Shown in pieces: positions 1 through 9,498 of a DNA stretch of 64,000 nt (within the stretch, counting starts at the first letter, position 1; each line of letters begins with the position of its first letter). Location: positions 62,606 through 126,605 of the forward strand of contig CAZCNS010000003.1 in NCBI GenBank assembly GCA_964500205.1. Direction: 5' to 3'. The translations under genes were made by a program, and so were the position numbers. The DNA comes from an uncultured Chryseobacterium sp. (GTDB lineage Bacteria > Bacteroidota > Bacteroidia > UBA10329). The notes under the pieces were generated by a model. That model had not been told where the DNA came from. It searched no databases and saw only the letters and a program-made list of their open reading frames with translations.

Positions 1-214
1 CGGGAAGCTGTTCATCCTGGAACATGACCTGCCGGAGCACCCCCTGCTATCCTACATAAGTTCCCGCCTCATGAACCTCTTTGAGAGCAAGTACTACCTC
101 GATTTCATGCAGACAGACCTGGATCAATACCTGCAAACCCTCGGGTTCAGGGTAGAGGCCAGCACCCACTATCTGGGCCACCATCTGCGGCTCATCACCC
201 TGTCGAAGCAATAA
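1..214 (+). CDS. 3' end of a hypothetical protein (partial; reading frame opens at nt 2)
   Basis: Frame 2 is open from the window edge to TAA at 212-214 (…GKLFILEHDLPEHPLLSYISSRLMNLFESKYYLDFMQTDLDQYLQTLGFRVEASTHYLGHHLRLITLSKQ*). Third codon positions are G/C-rich like the rest of the genome. The 47..307 minus-strand ORF in the track runs into the repeat region and is less plausible. Confidence 0.45.
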   Translation, partial: GKLFILEHDLPEHPLLSYISSRLMNLFESKYYLDFMQTDLDQYLQTLGFRVEASTHYLGHHLRLITLSKQ

Positions 215-263
215 CGCTGCACACGCCTCGCACCCCAACCCACCATCGACCATTTTTCTTGTT

Positions 264-660
264 AAGCGCAGCGAAATCCCGCCACTGCTGGACGGGATTG
301 CGTGCAACTCTTTCTCTGCAACTCTGTTTCTCTGTGTGAAAATCCTTTGCGTCTTCGCTTCCGCCCGTTAAGCGCAGCGAAATCCCGCCACTGTGGAATC
401 CCGCACGTGCGGGAGAAATCCCGCGACTGCGGGACGGGATTGCGAGACCCCTTCACCGCCTGCCCACACAATTTTCCATTTTCCATTCTCCATTTTCCCT
501 TCGTTGAGCGAAGCGAAATCCCGCGACTGCGGAATCCGGCACGTGCGGGAGAAATCCCGCGACTGCGGGACGGGATTGCGAGACCCCTTCACCGCCCGCC
601 CACACGATTTTCCATTTTTCTTATTGAACGCAGCGCAATCCCGCACCTGCGGGAAGCTCA
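264..660. repeat. Composite intergenic repeat block: about 3.5 nested or tandem units built on the core AGCGAAGCGAAATCCCGCGACTGCGGGA(CGGGATTGCG), flanked by TTTTCCAT-type short tandem repeats
   Basis: Units are seen directly at about 264-305, 366-500, 503-625 and 626-660. Each unit contains the hairpins TCCCGC-GACT-GCGGGA and CCCGC-ACGT-GCGGG. The same core recurs at 16663-16715 in inverse orientation and at 21400-21470. Confidence 0.7.
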
Positions 661-698
661 CCGCCTGTGGCGGTTCGGTGCGCTCAATGGCTGATTGA

Positions 699-3600
699 CT
701 ATCCCACCACCTTGTCCTTCACGAATACCAGTCGCACCTTCTCCACCAGCAGATACATCACGGGTACGATGATGAGCGTGAGGAACGTGGCGAACGTCAG
801 TCCGAAGATCACCGTCCATGCCATCGGTCCCCAGAAGGCCACGTTGTCGCCCCCGAAGAAGATGTTGGGGTCGAGGTCGGAGGCCAGGGTGTAGAAGTTG
901 ATGTTCATGCCCACGGCCAGCGGCAGCAGTCCGAGCACGGTGGTGATGGCCGTGAGGAGCACAGGGCGCAGGCGGGTGCGACCACCCTCCACGATGCACG
1001 CGATGGCCTCATGCAGTGGCAGGATGCTGTTGTCATCCATGCCCAGCTCGGAGCGTCTGCGGGCGCGGGTCAGGTCGATGTAGTCGATCAGTACGATGGC
1101 GTTGTTCACCACCACCCCTGCCAGCGACACGATGCCGATGCCGGTCATCATCACCGATATGGTCATGTTGAACGTGGCAATGCCAATGAACACCCCGATG
1201 GTGCTGAACACCACCGAGCCGAGGATGATCATCGGCTTGATGGCAGAGTTGAACTGCGACACGAGGATGAGCAGGATCAGCGCAATGGCGATCATGAACG
1301 CCCTGCCGAGGAAGGCCGCGGCCTTGTCCTGCTCCTCGCTCTCGCCTGTGAAACGCACCATGAAACCCTCCGGCACGGGGTAGTTGGCAAACTTGGCCTG
1401 TATCTTCTGGTTGATCTCGTTGGCGTTGTAGCCCTCTATCACGTTGCTCCAGATGGTGATGGTGCGGTTCTGGTCGCGTCTCTTCACTGAGCCGAGGCCC
1501 GTGGTGTAGCTCACGTCTGCCACGGCAGAGATGGGCACCTGCTTGATGCGGCCTGTGGTCATATCACGGAAGGTCACCTTCTGGTTGAGCAGGGTGGTGA
1601 GGTCGTAGCGGTAGTCGTCATTGAGCTTCATGACGATCTTGTAGTCGTCCTCCCCATCCTTGTACTTGCTCACCTCCTTGCCGAAGAGCGCTGTGCGCAG
1701 CGTGCTGCCGATCTGCCCCGTGGTGATGCCGAAGGCACGGGCACGGGCGCGGTCGATGTTCACCACCAGTTCGGGCTTGCCGGTCTCCAGGTCGAGGTTC
1801 AGGCCCTCGATGCCGGGGATGTTCTCGGCATTGACGGCTGCACGTATCTCCTCGGTCAGCACCACCAGCTTGTCGAAATCATCGCCACTCACCTCAATGT
1901 TGATGGGCTTGCCCACGGGCGGGCCTTCGTTGTTCTTCTGCACATTGACCTTGACCCCCGGCCGCTTGGTGATGTCTGCCGAGAGTCTGCGCATCACCTC
2001 GCTGCTGCTGATGCCCTCGCGGAACTCGAACTCCACGAACGAGATGGTGATCTTGGACTTGTTGGGCGTCTCGCCTGCCTGTGCACCGTCCATCGGGTCG
2101 CTGCTGCCTTCTCCTACGTTCACCACCACAGAGTTGATGGCCGCGCGGTAGGGCTCTATGATGCCGAATACCTCTTCCTCGATGGCAAGGGTCAGTTCAT
2201 TGGCCTCTTCCAGGTCGGTGCCCTGTGCGGCCTCGATGAACACGTTGATGTATTTCGGGTCATTCTCCGGGAAGAACTCCACAGGCGGACTCACGATGCC
2301 CACCATGATGATGGAACCGAACAGCAGTGCGATGGAACCGAAGAAAAGTGCATACGGCCTCCACGAGGACAGCGAGCCTTTGAGTATGCTCAGATAGACG
2401 TTCTCCAACCACACCAGCGCGCGGTCCTGGAACCATTTGGCGATAGGGGTGAGGACGTAGTGGTTCAGTGGAATGAGCAAGGCCATGGTGCCAGCGAGCA
2501 TTCCCGCGCTCCGGAAGTCTCCGAGATAGAGCAGGGCGGCAAGCACGATGAAGGCCGCTGTCCATATCCACAGCTTCTTCACAGAGGTCTTGGCCTCCGT
2601 GTTCTCATCCTGCATGAAGAAGGCCGCCATCACCGGGTTAATGATGAGGCCCACGAACAGCGAGCTTCCAAGCACCGCTATCAACGTCAACGGCAGATAA
2701 CCCATGAACTCGCCCATCACGCCTTCCCAGAAGAGTAGGGGAGCGAACGCGCCCAATGTGGTCAGTGTGCTGGTGATGATCGGAATGGCGATCTCGCCCA
2801 CGCCTTCTCGCGCGGCCTGCATCACGCCCTTTCCCTCCTGCAATTGGCGATAGACGTTCTCGATCACCACGATGCCATTGTCCACCAGCATCCCCAGCGC
2901 GAGGATGAGGCCGAAAAGCACGATCATGTTGATGGTGACGCCCATCGCGGCCAGAATGATGAAGCTCATCAGCATGGACAGCGGTATGGCGATACCCACG
3001 AACAGTGCATTTCTAAGTCCAAGGAAGAAGAACAGCACCGCCACGACCAGGATCACCCCAGAGTAGATGCTGTTCTCCAGGTTGAGCAGCTGGCCCTTCA
3101 CCTGATCGCTCTGGTCGTTGGTGATGGTCACCTTCAGGTCGCTCGGAAAACTGCCGCGCTTGCTCTCAGCCAGTGCCTTCATGATCTTGTCGGTGGCATC
3201 GAGCAGGTTGGCCCCCGACTTCTTCACCACGTCCACGCTTACCACCGGTTTTCCTTCCAGGCGTGCGAAGCTGTTGCGCTCTGCGTAGCCATCCACCACC
3301 TGGGCTATGTCACGCAGATAGATGATGTTGCCGAACTCCGCCTTCACGATGGTGTTGGCGATCTCGTCCATGGTGCGGAACTCGCCTTCCACGCGGATGG
3401 CCCTGCGCTTGCCGTCCGTCAGCAGCGCGCCCCCGCTGATGTTCATGTTCTCGTAAGCGATGGCCTGCTCGATGTCATCAAAGCTCACCTGTCGCATCTC
3501 CATCTGATGCAGGTCCACAATGATGTTGATTTCCCGCTCCAGTGCCCCGCGCACATCGGCCTTAGATATCTCCGGGATGAGCTCCAAGCGGTCTTTCAGC

Positions 3601-4127
3601 TTGTCGGCATACACCTTCAGGTCGTCCACGCTGTAGTCGCCAGAGAGGTTGATGTTCATGATGGGCAGCTCGCTCAGGTTCACGTCCATCACGATGGGGT
3701 CGATGTCGAGGTCGCTGGGCAGTTCGCTCTTGGCGCGGTCCACGGCATCCTTCACGTCCTGCAAGGCCACCTTCACCTCCACATCGGTGTTGAATTCGAC
3801 CATGATGATGCTGTTGTCCTGCACCGAGGTCGAGGTGAACTTGCTCAGCCCTTTCAGCGGCTTGATCTCCTTCTCCAATGGCCGCGTGATCAGGTTCTCG
3901 ATGTCCACGGGCGAGTTGCCGGGATACACCGTGCGCACGTAGATCTGTGGCAGCACGATCTCCGGGAACAGCTCCTTGGGCATCGTGTTGTAGGCCAGCA
4001 TCCCTCCGAACAGGATGATCACCGTCAGGATGATCACGCTGGTGGCGTTGCGCAGTGCCAATGAGGTGGGCCCGAACTCCTTGACCACGGTGGGGCGGGA
4101 GGGCTTCTGTTGTTGGTCGTCAGACAT
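699..4127 (-). CDS. RND (HAE1/AcrB/CzcA-family) efflux permease, 1142 aa
   Basis: Full-length 12-TM RND architecture with two large periplasmic loops and the family-typical ordering of motifs across both halves. It is the last gene of a four-gene minus-strand operon. Confidence 0.95.
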   Translation of the reverse strand: MSDDQQQKPSRPTVVKEFGPTSLALRNATSVIILTVIILFGGMLAYNTMPKELFPEIVLPQIYVRTVYPGNSPVDIENLITRPLEKEIKPLKGLSKFTSTSVQDNSIIMVEFNTDVEVKVALQDVKDAVDRAKSELPSDLDIDPIVMDVNLSELPIMNINLSGDYSVDDLKVYADKLKDRLELIPEISKADVRGALEREINIIVDLHQMEMRQVSFDDIEQAIAYENMNISGGALLTDGKRRAIRVEGEFRTMDEIANTIVKAEFGNIIYLRDIAQVVDGYAERNSFARLEGKPVVSVDVVKKSGANLLDATDKIMKALAESKRGSFPSDLKVTITNDQSDQVKGQLLNLENSIYSGVILVVAVLFFFLGLRNALFVGIAIPLSMLMSFIILAAMGVTINMIVLFGLILALGMLVDNGIVVIENVYRQLQEGKGVMQAAREGVGEIAIPIITSTLTTLGAFAPLLFWEGVMGEFMGYLPLTLIAVLGSSLFVGLIINPVMAAFFMQDENTEAKTSVKKLWIWTAAFIVLAALLYLGDFRSAGMLAGTMALLIPLNHYVLTPIAKWFQDRALVWLENVYLSILKGSLSSWRPYALFFGSIALLFGSIIMVGIVSPPVEFFPENDPKYINVFIEAAQGTDLEEANELTLAIEEEVFGIIEPYRAAINSVVVNVGEGSSDPMDGAQAGETPNKSKITISFVEFEFREGISSSEVMRRLSADITKRPGVKVNVQKNNEGPPVGKPINIEVSGDDFDKLVVLTEEIRAAVNAENIPGIEGLNLDLETGKPELVVNIDRARARAFGITTGQIGSTLRTALFGKEVSKYKDGEDDYKIVMKLNDDYRYDLTTLLNQKVTFRDMTTGRIKQVPISAVADVSYTTGLGSVKRRDQNRTITIWSNVIEGYNANEINQKIQAKFANYPVPEGFMVRFTGESEEQDKAAAFLGRAFMIAIALILLILVSQFNSAIKPMIILGSVVFSTIGVFIGIATFNMTISVMMTGIGIVSLAGVVVNNAIVLIDYIDLTRARRRSELGMDDNSILPLHEAIACIVEGGRTRLRPVLLTAITTVLGLLPLAVGMNINFYTLASDLDPNIFFGGDNVAFWGPMAWTVIFGLTFATFLTLIIVPVMYLLVEKVRLVFVKDKVVG

Positions 4128-4308
4128 TTCTTTCTGTTTGATAATTAGCCGATGAGCGAATTAGCGGGTGGTGGGAAGGGATGGGATGGTTCTTGCAAAG
4201 CCGCGAAGGCGTATTGTTTTTCTGCGAATGAATCACTCTTACTTTGAGCTCTTTGCGTCATCCTTTGCGTTCTCTGCGTGAAAAAAAACTTCACACCTGA
4301 TCTGCTCA

Positions 4309-5442
4309 TTACAAACGGATCACATCCCCGTTCGCCACCTCGTTGTATCCCTGGACGATGACGGAGTCGCCTGCGCTCAATCCCTCGGTCACAAGGGTGT
4401 TGCCTTCGCTGCTTCTGTCGGTCTCCACGTAGGTCTTGGCGGCCTTCTTGGCACCGTCCATGTCGCGCACCACGAACACGAAGCTGCCCTTGGCGTCCTT
4501 GCCTACGCAGATACTCGGCACCACCATGGCGTTCTCCGCCTCGAAGTCTTTGATGCGCAGTATCGCTACCGCGTTAGGTTTCAGGGTGCCTTTGCTGTTA
4601 TTGAGCCGCACTTCCACATTGAACGATCGGTTGGCGGGGTTGATGATGCTGCCCACTGTGGTGATCGGGGCCTTCATGTCGATGCCGAATGATGGAAGCC
4701 GCACCTCGGCCGTCTGTCCTTTGCGCACGGCCAGTGCATAGTTCTCGCTCACATCGGCCTTCACGCGCAGTTCCGAGAGGTTCACCATCGTGAGGATGGG
4801 CATGCCCGGTGCGGCCAGCTCGCCTTCTTTCTGATGAAGCTTGTCAACCACCCCATCAAATGGGGCAGACACATTGCTCAAGGCCAGTTGGGCCTGCAGC
4901 GTCTTTTTCTTCTTCTCAAGGCTTTCCACCTGGTTCTTGGCCTGCAGGTACTGCATCTCCGACCCGATGTTCTGGTCCCATAGGCGCGACTGCCGCTCGA
5001 AGGTGGTGCGTGCCAGGATCAGGGCGTTGTCCAGCTCCTCCATGTTGGCGTTCACCACACTGGTGTTCAAAGATGCCAGCAACTGGCCCTTTTTCACCGT
5101 CTGCCCCTCTATCACGTGGATGCGGGTGATGTTGCCACCTTGCTCGGCACTCACGTTGGCGATCTCCATGGCCTCCACCGTGCCGTTCACCTCGAAGAAA
5201 TGCTCGAAGGTCTCGGCCTCGAGGACTTTCAGCCCCACCAGCACACCCTCAGGTGTCTCTGCGATGCCATTGCCGTTCAGTTCCAGCTCTGCCTTCAGGC
5301 TGGCGATCTCCTCTTCCAGCTTGGCGAGTTCCATCTTCTTGGCCTCCAGCAGCTTCTGCTTGGCCTCGGGCGATTCGTCCTTGCCACCGCAGGCGGATAG
5401 CAGCACCATGGCCGCAAGGAATGATAGGGTAGGGTTTTTCAT
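4309..5442 (-). CDS. Efflux RND periplasmic adaptor subunit (membrane-fusion protein, HlyD-like), lipoprotein
   Basis: Lipoprotein signal MKNPTLSFLAAMVLLSACGG, a coiled-coil segment (LEEEIASLKAELE…), and beta-barrel/MP-domain ordering typical of MFPs. It lies directly upstream of the RND permease. Confidence 0.9.
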   Translation of the reverse strand: MKNPTLSFLAAMVLLSACGGKDESPEAKQKLLEAKKMELAKLEEEIASLKAELELNGNGIAETPEGVLVGLKVLEAETFEHFFEVNGTVEAMEIANVSAEQGGNITRIHVIEGQTVKKGQLLASLNTSVVNANMEELDNALILARTTFERQSRLWDQNIGSEMQYLQAKNQVESLEKKKKTLQAQLALSNVSAPFDGVVDKLHQKEGELAAPGMPILTMVNLSELRVKADVSENYALAVRKGQTAEVRLPSFGIDMKAPITTVGSIINPANRSFNVEVRLNNSKGTLKPNAVAILRIKDFEAENAMVVPSICVGKDAKGSFVFVVRDMDGAKKAAKTYVETDRSSEGNTLVTEGLSAGDSVIVQGYNEVANGDVIRL

Positions 5443-5469
5443 CTTTTTGAAATGTGGAAGGGTAAGTGT

Positions 5470-5633
5470 GTGTTTTAAGGTGGTCAGGTTTTCAGGGAAT
5501 CAGGTTTTCAGCGGAAAGTGTTGAGGGGTTGAACGAGTGATGCTTCTCATCTGCTGAAAATCTGAATTGCTGATATGCTGAATTGCTGATATGCTGATTT
5601 GCTCGTGGCTAACGGCTTGGGGCTAATGGCTCA
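5470..5633. repeat. Short tandem repeats in the operon spacer between the TolC-like gene and the adaptor gene
   Basis: CAGGTTTTCAG is repeated twice, AATTGCTGATATGCTG twice, and GGCTAA(C/T)GGCT twice. This fills an unusually long (about 190 bp) intra-operon gap. Confidence 0.5.
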
Positions 5634-6974
5634 TCACTCCTCGAACACCCTGCTCAGTTCCAGCTTTGCATCCAGCGCTGAGAAGAGTTTGTTGATGTAG
5701 TCGGCCTGCGCCTGGGTCAGTTGGTTCTCGGTCTGTGTGAGCTCCATGCTGGTGCTGAGGCCCTCTTTGTACTTCGTGAGGGTGGTGTTGCGCACGCTAC
5801 GTGCCAGCTTGAGCCCTTTCTCCGCATTGGTGAGCTGTTCGAGTGCCGAGGTGAAGTTGTCCTTGCCTGAGATGTGGCGGAGCTTGAGGCCCTGCTCCAC
5901 ATTCCAAAGCTGATCACGCTTGCGCTGCTCCTCCAGTTTGGCCTTCTTGATGGATGCCAGATTGCCGAGGTTGTCCCAGATGGGCACGTTGAGCGATACA
6001 CCCCACAGCGTGAGCGGGAACCAGCGCCCGTTGCTGCCGAAGAAGTTGAACTGCTCACCGAACGCCTGCTGCTGGTAGTTGAAGAAGGTGTTCAGCGAAG
6101 GGAAGTATTTCGATTGCTCGATCTGTGTGAGGTACTTGTGCATCACCACGTCCTGACTCACGAGGTTGTGGTTGATGTTCATGGAAGGCTTGAACTCCCG
6201 GGACAGAAGTTGCTCAGGGTCAGTGGTCTGCCAGAGGGTCTCCAGACCATCGGTCAGCTCAATGGGGGTGCTCACATCCATGCCGATGGTGTATTTGAGC
6301 AGGTTTCTGGCGCCTTCGGTCTGTCGTTCGGCCATGCTGAGCTGGTTCTGCATGGAGGTGACCAGCAGTTCGATCTGCTCCACGTCCAGCAGCTCCGCGA
6401 AACCGTTCTCGTAGAGGGCCTTGGTCTCTTGCAGGGTCTTGTCCAGATTGGCGAGGTTCTCTTTAAGGATGCGGGTGTTCTCCTCCGCCACCAGTGCGGT
6501 GAAGTAGTTCTGCTCGGCCCTTGCCGCGATCTCATAGCCCACCTGCTTGCCCTTTGTGGCCTGCAATTGTTTCAAACCTCGCGCGCCTTTCAGCCCGATG
6601 AGATACGTGCCATTGAACACAGGCATGTTGGCGGAGATGCCCACGTTCATGCCATGCGGCACACCGAACTGCAAGGGTATCGGGTCACTTCCCGGAGGAA
6701 GCCCAGCGAACTCGGGCGGCAGCAGCGTGGTCGGCAGGTCCACGAAGTAGTTGTAGCTCACCTCTCCGTCCACCTTGGGCAGCAGACGTGCTGTGGCCAT
6801 CCAGATGTCCTTGTCGGCCTGCTCGATGTCTATGGCCGCGCCTTTGGCCTCGAAGCTGTGGACCATGGCGTGGGCCTTGGCTTGCTGAAGGCTCAATTGG
6901 ACCACCTGTGCATCCTGAGCAACGACCATGGAGGTCGCAAACAGACAGAGGGCCGCTGTTAGGTTTCTCATCAT
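5634..6974 (-). CDS. TolC-family outer-membrane efflux protein
   Basis: Signal peptide MMRNLTAALCLFATSMVVAQ, two-repeat helical/beta architecture of outer-membrane factors, and operon context with the adaptor and RND genes. Confidence 0.9.
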   Translation of the reverse strand: MMRNLTAALCLFATSMVVAQDAQVVQLSLQQAKAHAMVHSFEAKGAAIDIEQADKDIWMATARLLPKVDGEVSYNYFVDLPTTLLPPEFAGLPPGSDPIPLQFGVPHGMNVGISANMPVFNGTYLIGLKGARGLKQLQATKGKQVGYEIAARAEQNYFTALVAEENTRILKENLANLDKTLQETKALYENGFAELLDVEQIELLVTSMQNQLSMAERQTEGARNLLKYTIGMDVSTPIELTDGLETLWQTTDPEQLLSREFKPSMNINHNLVSQDVVMHKYLTQIEQSKYFPSLNTFFNYQQQAFGEQFNFFGSNGRWFPLTLWGVSLNVPIWDNLGNLASIKKAKLEEQRKRDQLWNVEQGLKLRHISGKDNFTSALEQLTNAEKGLKLARSVRNTTLTKYKEGLSTSMELTQTENQLTQAQADYINKLFSALDAKLELSRVFEE

Positions 6975-7657
6975 CAGAAAATGTTCATTTGTGTGTTGTC
7001 GATGTGTCGGAGCTTCTCTTGCAGGTACGCGATGCCTTTTTCGCTGGCAATGCCGCGTATGTGGTAGCGCATGGTCTCGATATAGACCTGCATGGGGTTG
7101 GTCTCGTTGGGCGGGAACAGCTCCCGGTCGAAGAAGACGTCAATGCGCCCTACGTACATCCCGGAGATGATGCGCGGGTTGAGGTTGTCGCGGTAGAGTC
7201 CCTGCGCCATGCCATCGCGCATGTTGCGCTCGATCACACTGCGGATGGTCTTCTGCTTGAAGTCCTTGAATACGCGGTCTGCCTTGGGGTAGTATTTCTC
7301 CAGGTCGAACAGGATGCTGGGGTGCACATCCTGCAATTGCTGCCCCACCTGCTGCACGATCAGGAACATCTCCTCGATGGCGTTGGGGGCCTCGCTGTGA
7401 ATGCGCTCCACGAGAGCGGCCTCGCGTTCAGCGTGCGAGATCATGGAAAGCTCCACCATCTCCGCCTTGTCCTCAAAGCACTGGTAGAGGGTCTTTTTGC
7501 TGATGCCGAGGTGACGAGCTATGTCGTCCATCGTCAGGCTACGGATGCCGTACTGCATGAACAGGCGCGTGACCTGCTGCAACATTTCCTGACACTTCGG
7601 TTCCATGGGGGCGCAAAAGTAATGCGGAGGGAACGTTGGAAACTTTGAATAGTTCAA
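6974..7657 (-). CDS. TetR/AcrR-family transcriptional regulator (probable true start at MEPKCQEM… about 7609)
   Basis: N-terminal HTH …LFMQYGIRSLTMDDIARHLGISKKTLYQCFEDKAEM… Its stop overlaps the TolC-like start (TGATG), so the regulator is co-transcribed with the pump. Confidence 0.85.
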   Translation of the reverse strand: MNYSKFPTFPPHYFCAPMEPKCQEMLQQVTRLFMQYGIRSLTMDDIARHLGISKKTLYQCFEDKAEMVELSMISHAEREAALVERIHSEAPNAIEEMFLIVQQVGQQLQDVHPSILFDLEKYYPKADRVFKDFKQKTIRSVIERNMRDGMAQGLYRDNLNPRIISGMYVGRIDVFFDRELFPPNETNPMQVYIETMRYHIRGIASEKGIAYLQEKLRHIDNTQMNIF

Positions 7658-7839
7658 AAGTTTCCGAAGTTTTTCATTTTGTTAACATCGTGCCGGGGTG
7701 GTCAGCAACGTTTGCAAGACAAAGCAGGACGAACTGCTTGACCTGACAGGTTTTCAATACCTGTTAACCCGAGTTCGGGGTAACCCAACTATGAAACGGC
7801 CGTCCCTGAGGGACATTTAACGCAATCGCGTACATTGCT

Positions 7840-8160
7840 CTATCATAGGGCCGCCCCGATGGGGCTTTATCCTGAAGCTTAGGAACGCCCGTCTGGTAAA
7901 AAGCTACCATAGGGCCGCCCCGATGGGGCTTTATCCTATCGCTTTGAAAAGTTCCGTAGGAACGCCCGTATGGTAGAAAGCGCCACAGATGAGGTCTTAC
8001 AAGTCCCGAAGGGACGGCCTTTTTGAAAATTCTTATCCTGAACCTGTCGCTTTGAGAAGTTCCGTAGGAACGCCCGTATGGTAGAAAGCGCCACAGACAA
8101 GGTCTTACAAGTCCCGTAGGGACGGCCCTTTAGAAAATTCTCATCCCGAACTCAGGTTGT
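7840..8160. repeat. Tandem array of small GC-rich hairpins (two units of about 110 bp)
   Basis: ATAGGGCCGCCCCGATGGGGCTTTATCCT occurs twice (7848-7876 and 7909-7937). GTTCCGTAGGAACGCCCGTATGGTAGAAAGCGCCACAGA..AGGTCTTACAAGTCCCG.AGGGACGGCC occurs twice (about 7952-8020 and 8060-8128). Internal hairpins include GCCCC-GAT-GGGGC and GTCCC-GAA-GGGAC. Confidence 0.6.
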
Positions 8161-8247
8161 CACGTCTTCACCGATGACCACTGAGTCTGTAACACCGCGC
8201 CATTGCCCTGTCTCAGGCACCGCATCTGCACGTAGGGTGTCCGATGC

Positions 8248-9477
8248 TCACTTCCCCTTCTTTTTCTTTCGTTTGAAGGTGGATTCCTCCTCCTTGGCGA
8301 TCAGGGTCTGCCAGTCGTGCTCGCGGCTGAAATCGAGGGTGGCGGAGTAATCGCCTTTGTCCATCTCCACCCGGTTGATGGGTTGGGTCAGGTATTCCTC
8401 GATCTCGGCCAGCGTGTCGCGCTCCTCATCGGCACAGAACGACACGGCCAGTCCCTTTTTCATCCCACGGCCTGTGCGACCTACGCGGTGTACATAGTTT
8501 TCGGGCTTGTCGGGCAGGTCGTAGTTCACCACGTAGTCCACATCGGGTATGTCGATGCCGCGTGCGCTCACATCGGTGGCGATGAGCACCTTCACATCCC
8601 CATGCCTGAAACGGTTCATGGCCTGCTGCCGCTCGTTGGCGTCCTTGTCGCTGTGTATGGTCACGGTGTCGATCTTCACCCGGTCCATGGCCTTGGCCAC
8701 GCGTTCGGCCCGCACCTTGGTGCGCACGAACACCAGGATCTTGCTCTCCGGGTTCTCGGTGACCACCCTTTCGAGAAAGAAGCGTTTGTCGTCTATGGCG
8801 ATGAAGGCCACCGAGTGGGTGATGTTCTTGGACACCGGGTCCTTGGGCGAGATCTGAATGCGTATCGGGTTGGTCACCAGCGAGTAGGCCAGGTCCTTGA
8901 TGCGGGTGTTGATGGTGGCCGAGAAGAAGAGCGTCTGCCGCTTCTTGGGCAATCTGTCCACCAGGTCGCGGATGTCCTTGATGAAGCCGAGGTCCAGCAT
9001 GTGGTCGGCCTCATCGAGCACCAGCACTTCCACACGGTGCAACAGCAGATGCCCCTGCGATGCGAGGTCGAACAGCCTACCGGGGGTCGCCACCAGCACA
9101 TCCACCCCTTTGTTCAGCCCCTCGATCTGCGGGGTCTGGTCCACGCCACCGTGAATGCACAGCACCTTTACCCGCGTGTATCGGGCCAGTTCTTTGAACA
9201 CGCCCGCGATCTGCTCGGCCAGTTCGTGTGTGGGTGCCATCACGATGCACTTCACCCCATCGGGCCTGTCGGGCCGTTTGCGGGCCTCTATCGTGCTGAT
9301 CACCGGGATGGCGAACGCGGCCGTCTTTCCCGTGCCGGTCTGCGCGATCGCCAGCACATCCTCTCCTTTCAGGATGGGAGGGATGCTCTTGAACTGAATG
9401 TCCGTAGGCTTCTTGAATCCCAGCCCGGCAAGGCTGCGCTTGATGCCCTCGTCAATGCGATAATCCTCAAATCTCAT
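8248..9477 (-). CDS. DEAD-box ATP-dependent RNA helicase with a basic C-terminal tail
   Basis: Q-motif/GFKKPTDIQ, motif I AQTGTGKT, Ia PTHELA, II DEAD (VLDEADHMLD), III SAT, VI HRVGRTGRG, and a KRKKKKGK tail. Confidence 0.95.
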   Translation of the reverse strand: MRFEDYRIDEGIKRSLAGLGFKKPTDIQFKSIPPILKGEDVLAIAQTGTGKTAAFAIPVISTIEARKRPDRPDGVKCIVMAPTHELAEQIAGVFKELARYTRVKVLCIHGGVDQTPQIEGLNKGVDVLVATPGRLFDLASQGHLLLHRVEVLVLDEADHMLDLGFIKDIRDLVDRLPKKRQTLFFSATINTRIKDLAYSLVTNPIRIQISPKDPVSKNITHSVAFIAIDDKRFFLERVVTENPESKILVFVRTKVRAERVAKAMDRVKIDTVTIHSDKDANERQQAMNRFRHGDVKVLIATDVSARGIDIPDVDYVVNYDLPDKPENYVHRVGRTGRGMKKGLAVSFCADEERDTLAEIEEYLTQPINRVEMDKGDYSATLDFSREHDWQTLIAKEEESTFKRKKKKGK

Positions 9478-9498
9478 GTCTTCTTCTCAAATGACGAC

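Noticed and set aside
264-660. Possible CRISPR array, because of the regularly recurring GC-rich palindromic motif
   Set aside because: Units are long (about 130 bp) and nested, with repeated 'spacer' portions too. There is no alternation of identical repeats with unique spacers and no cas genes anywhere in the window. It behaves like a REP/BIME-type element instead.
47-698. Track ORFs 47-307(-), 302-694(+), 368-661(-), 393-698(+)
   Set aside because: All run through the tandem repeat block. Their translations are repeat-derived (…SRDCG…SRDFS…) and mutually overlapping.
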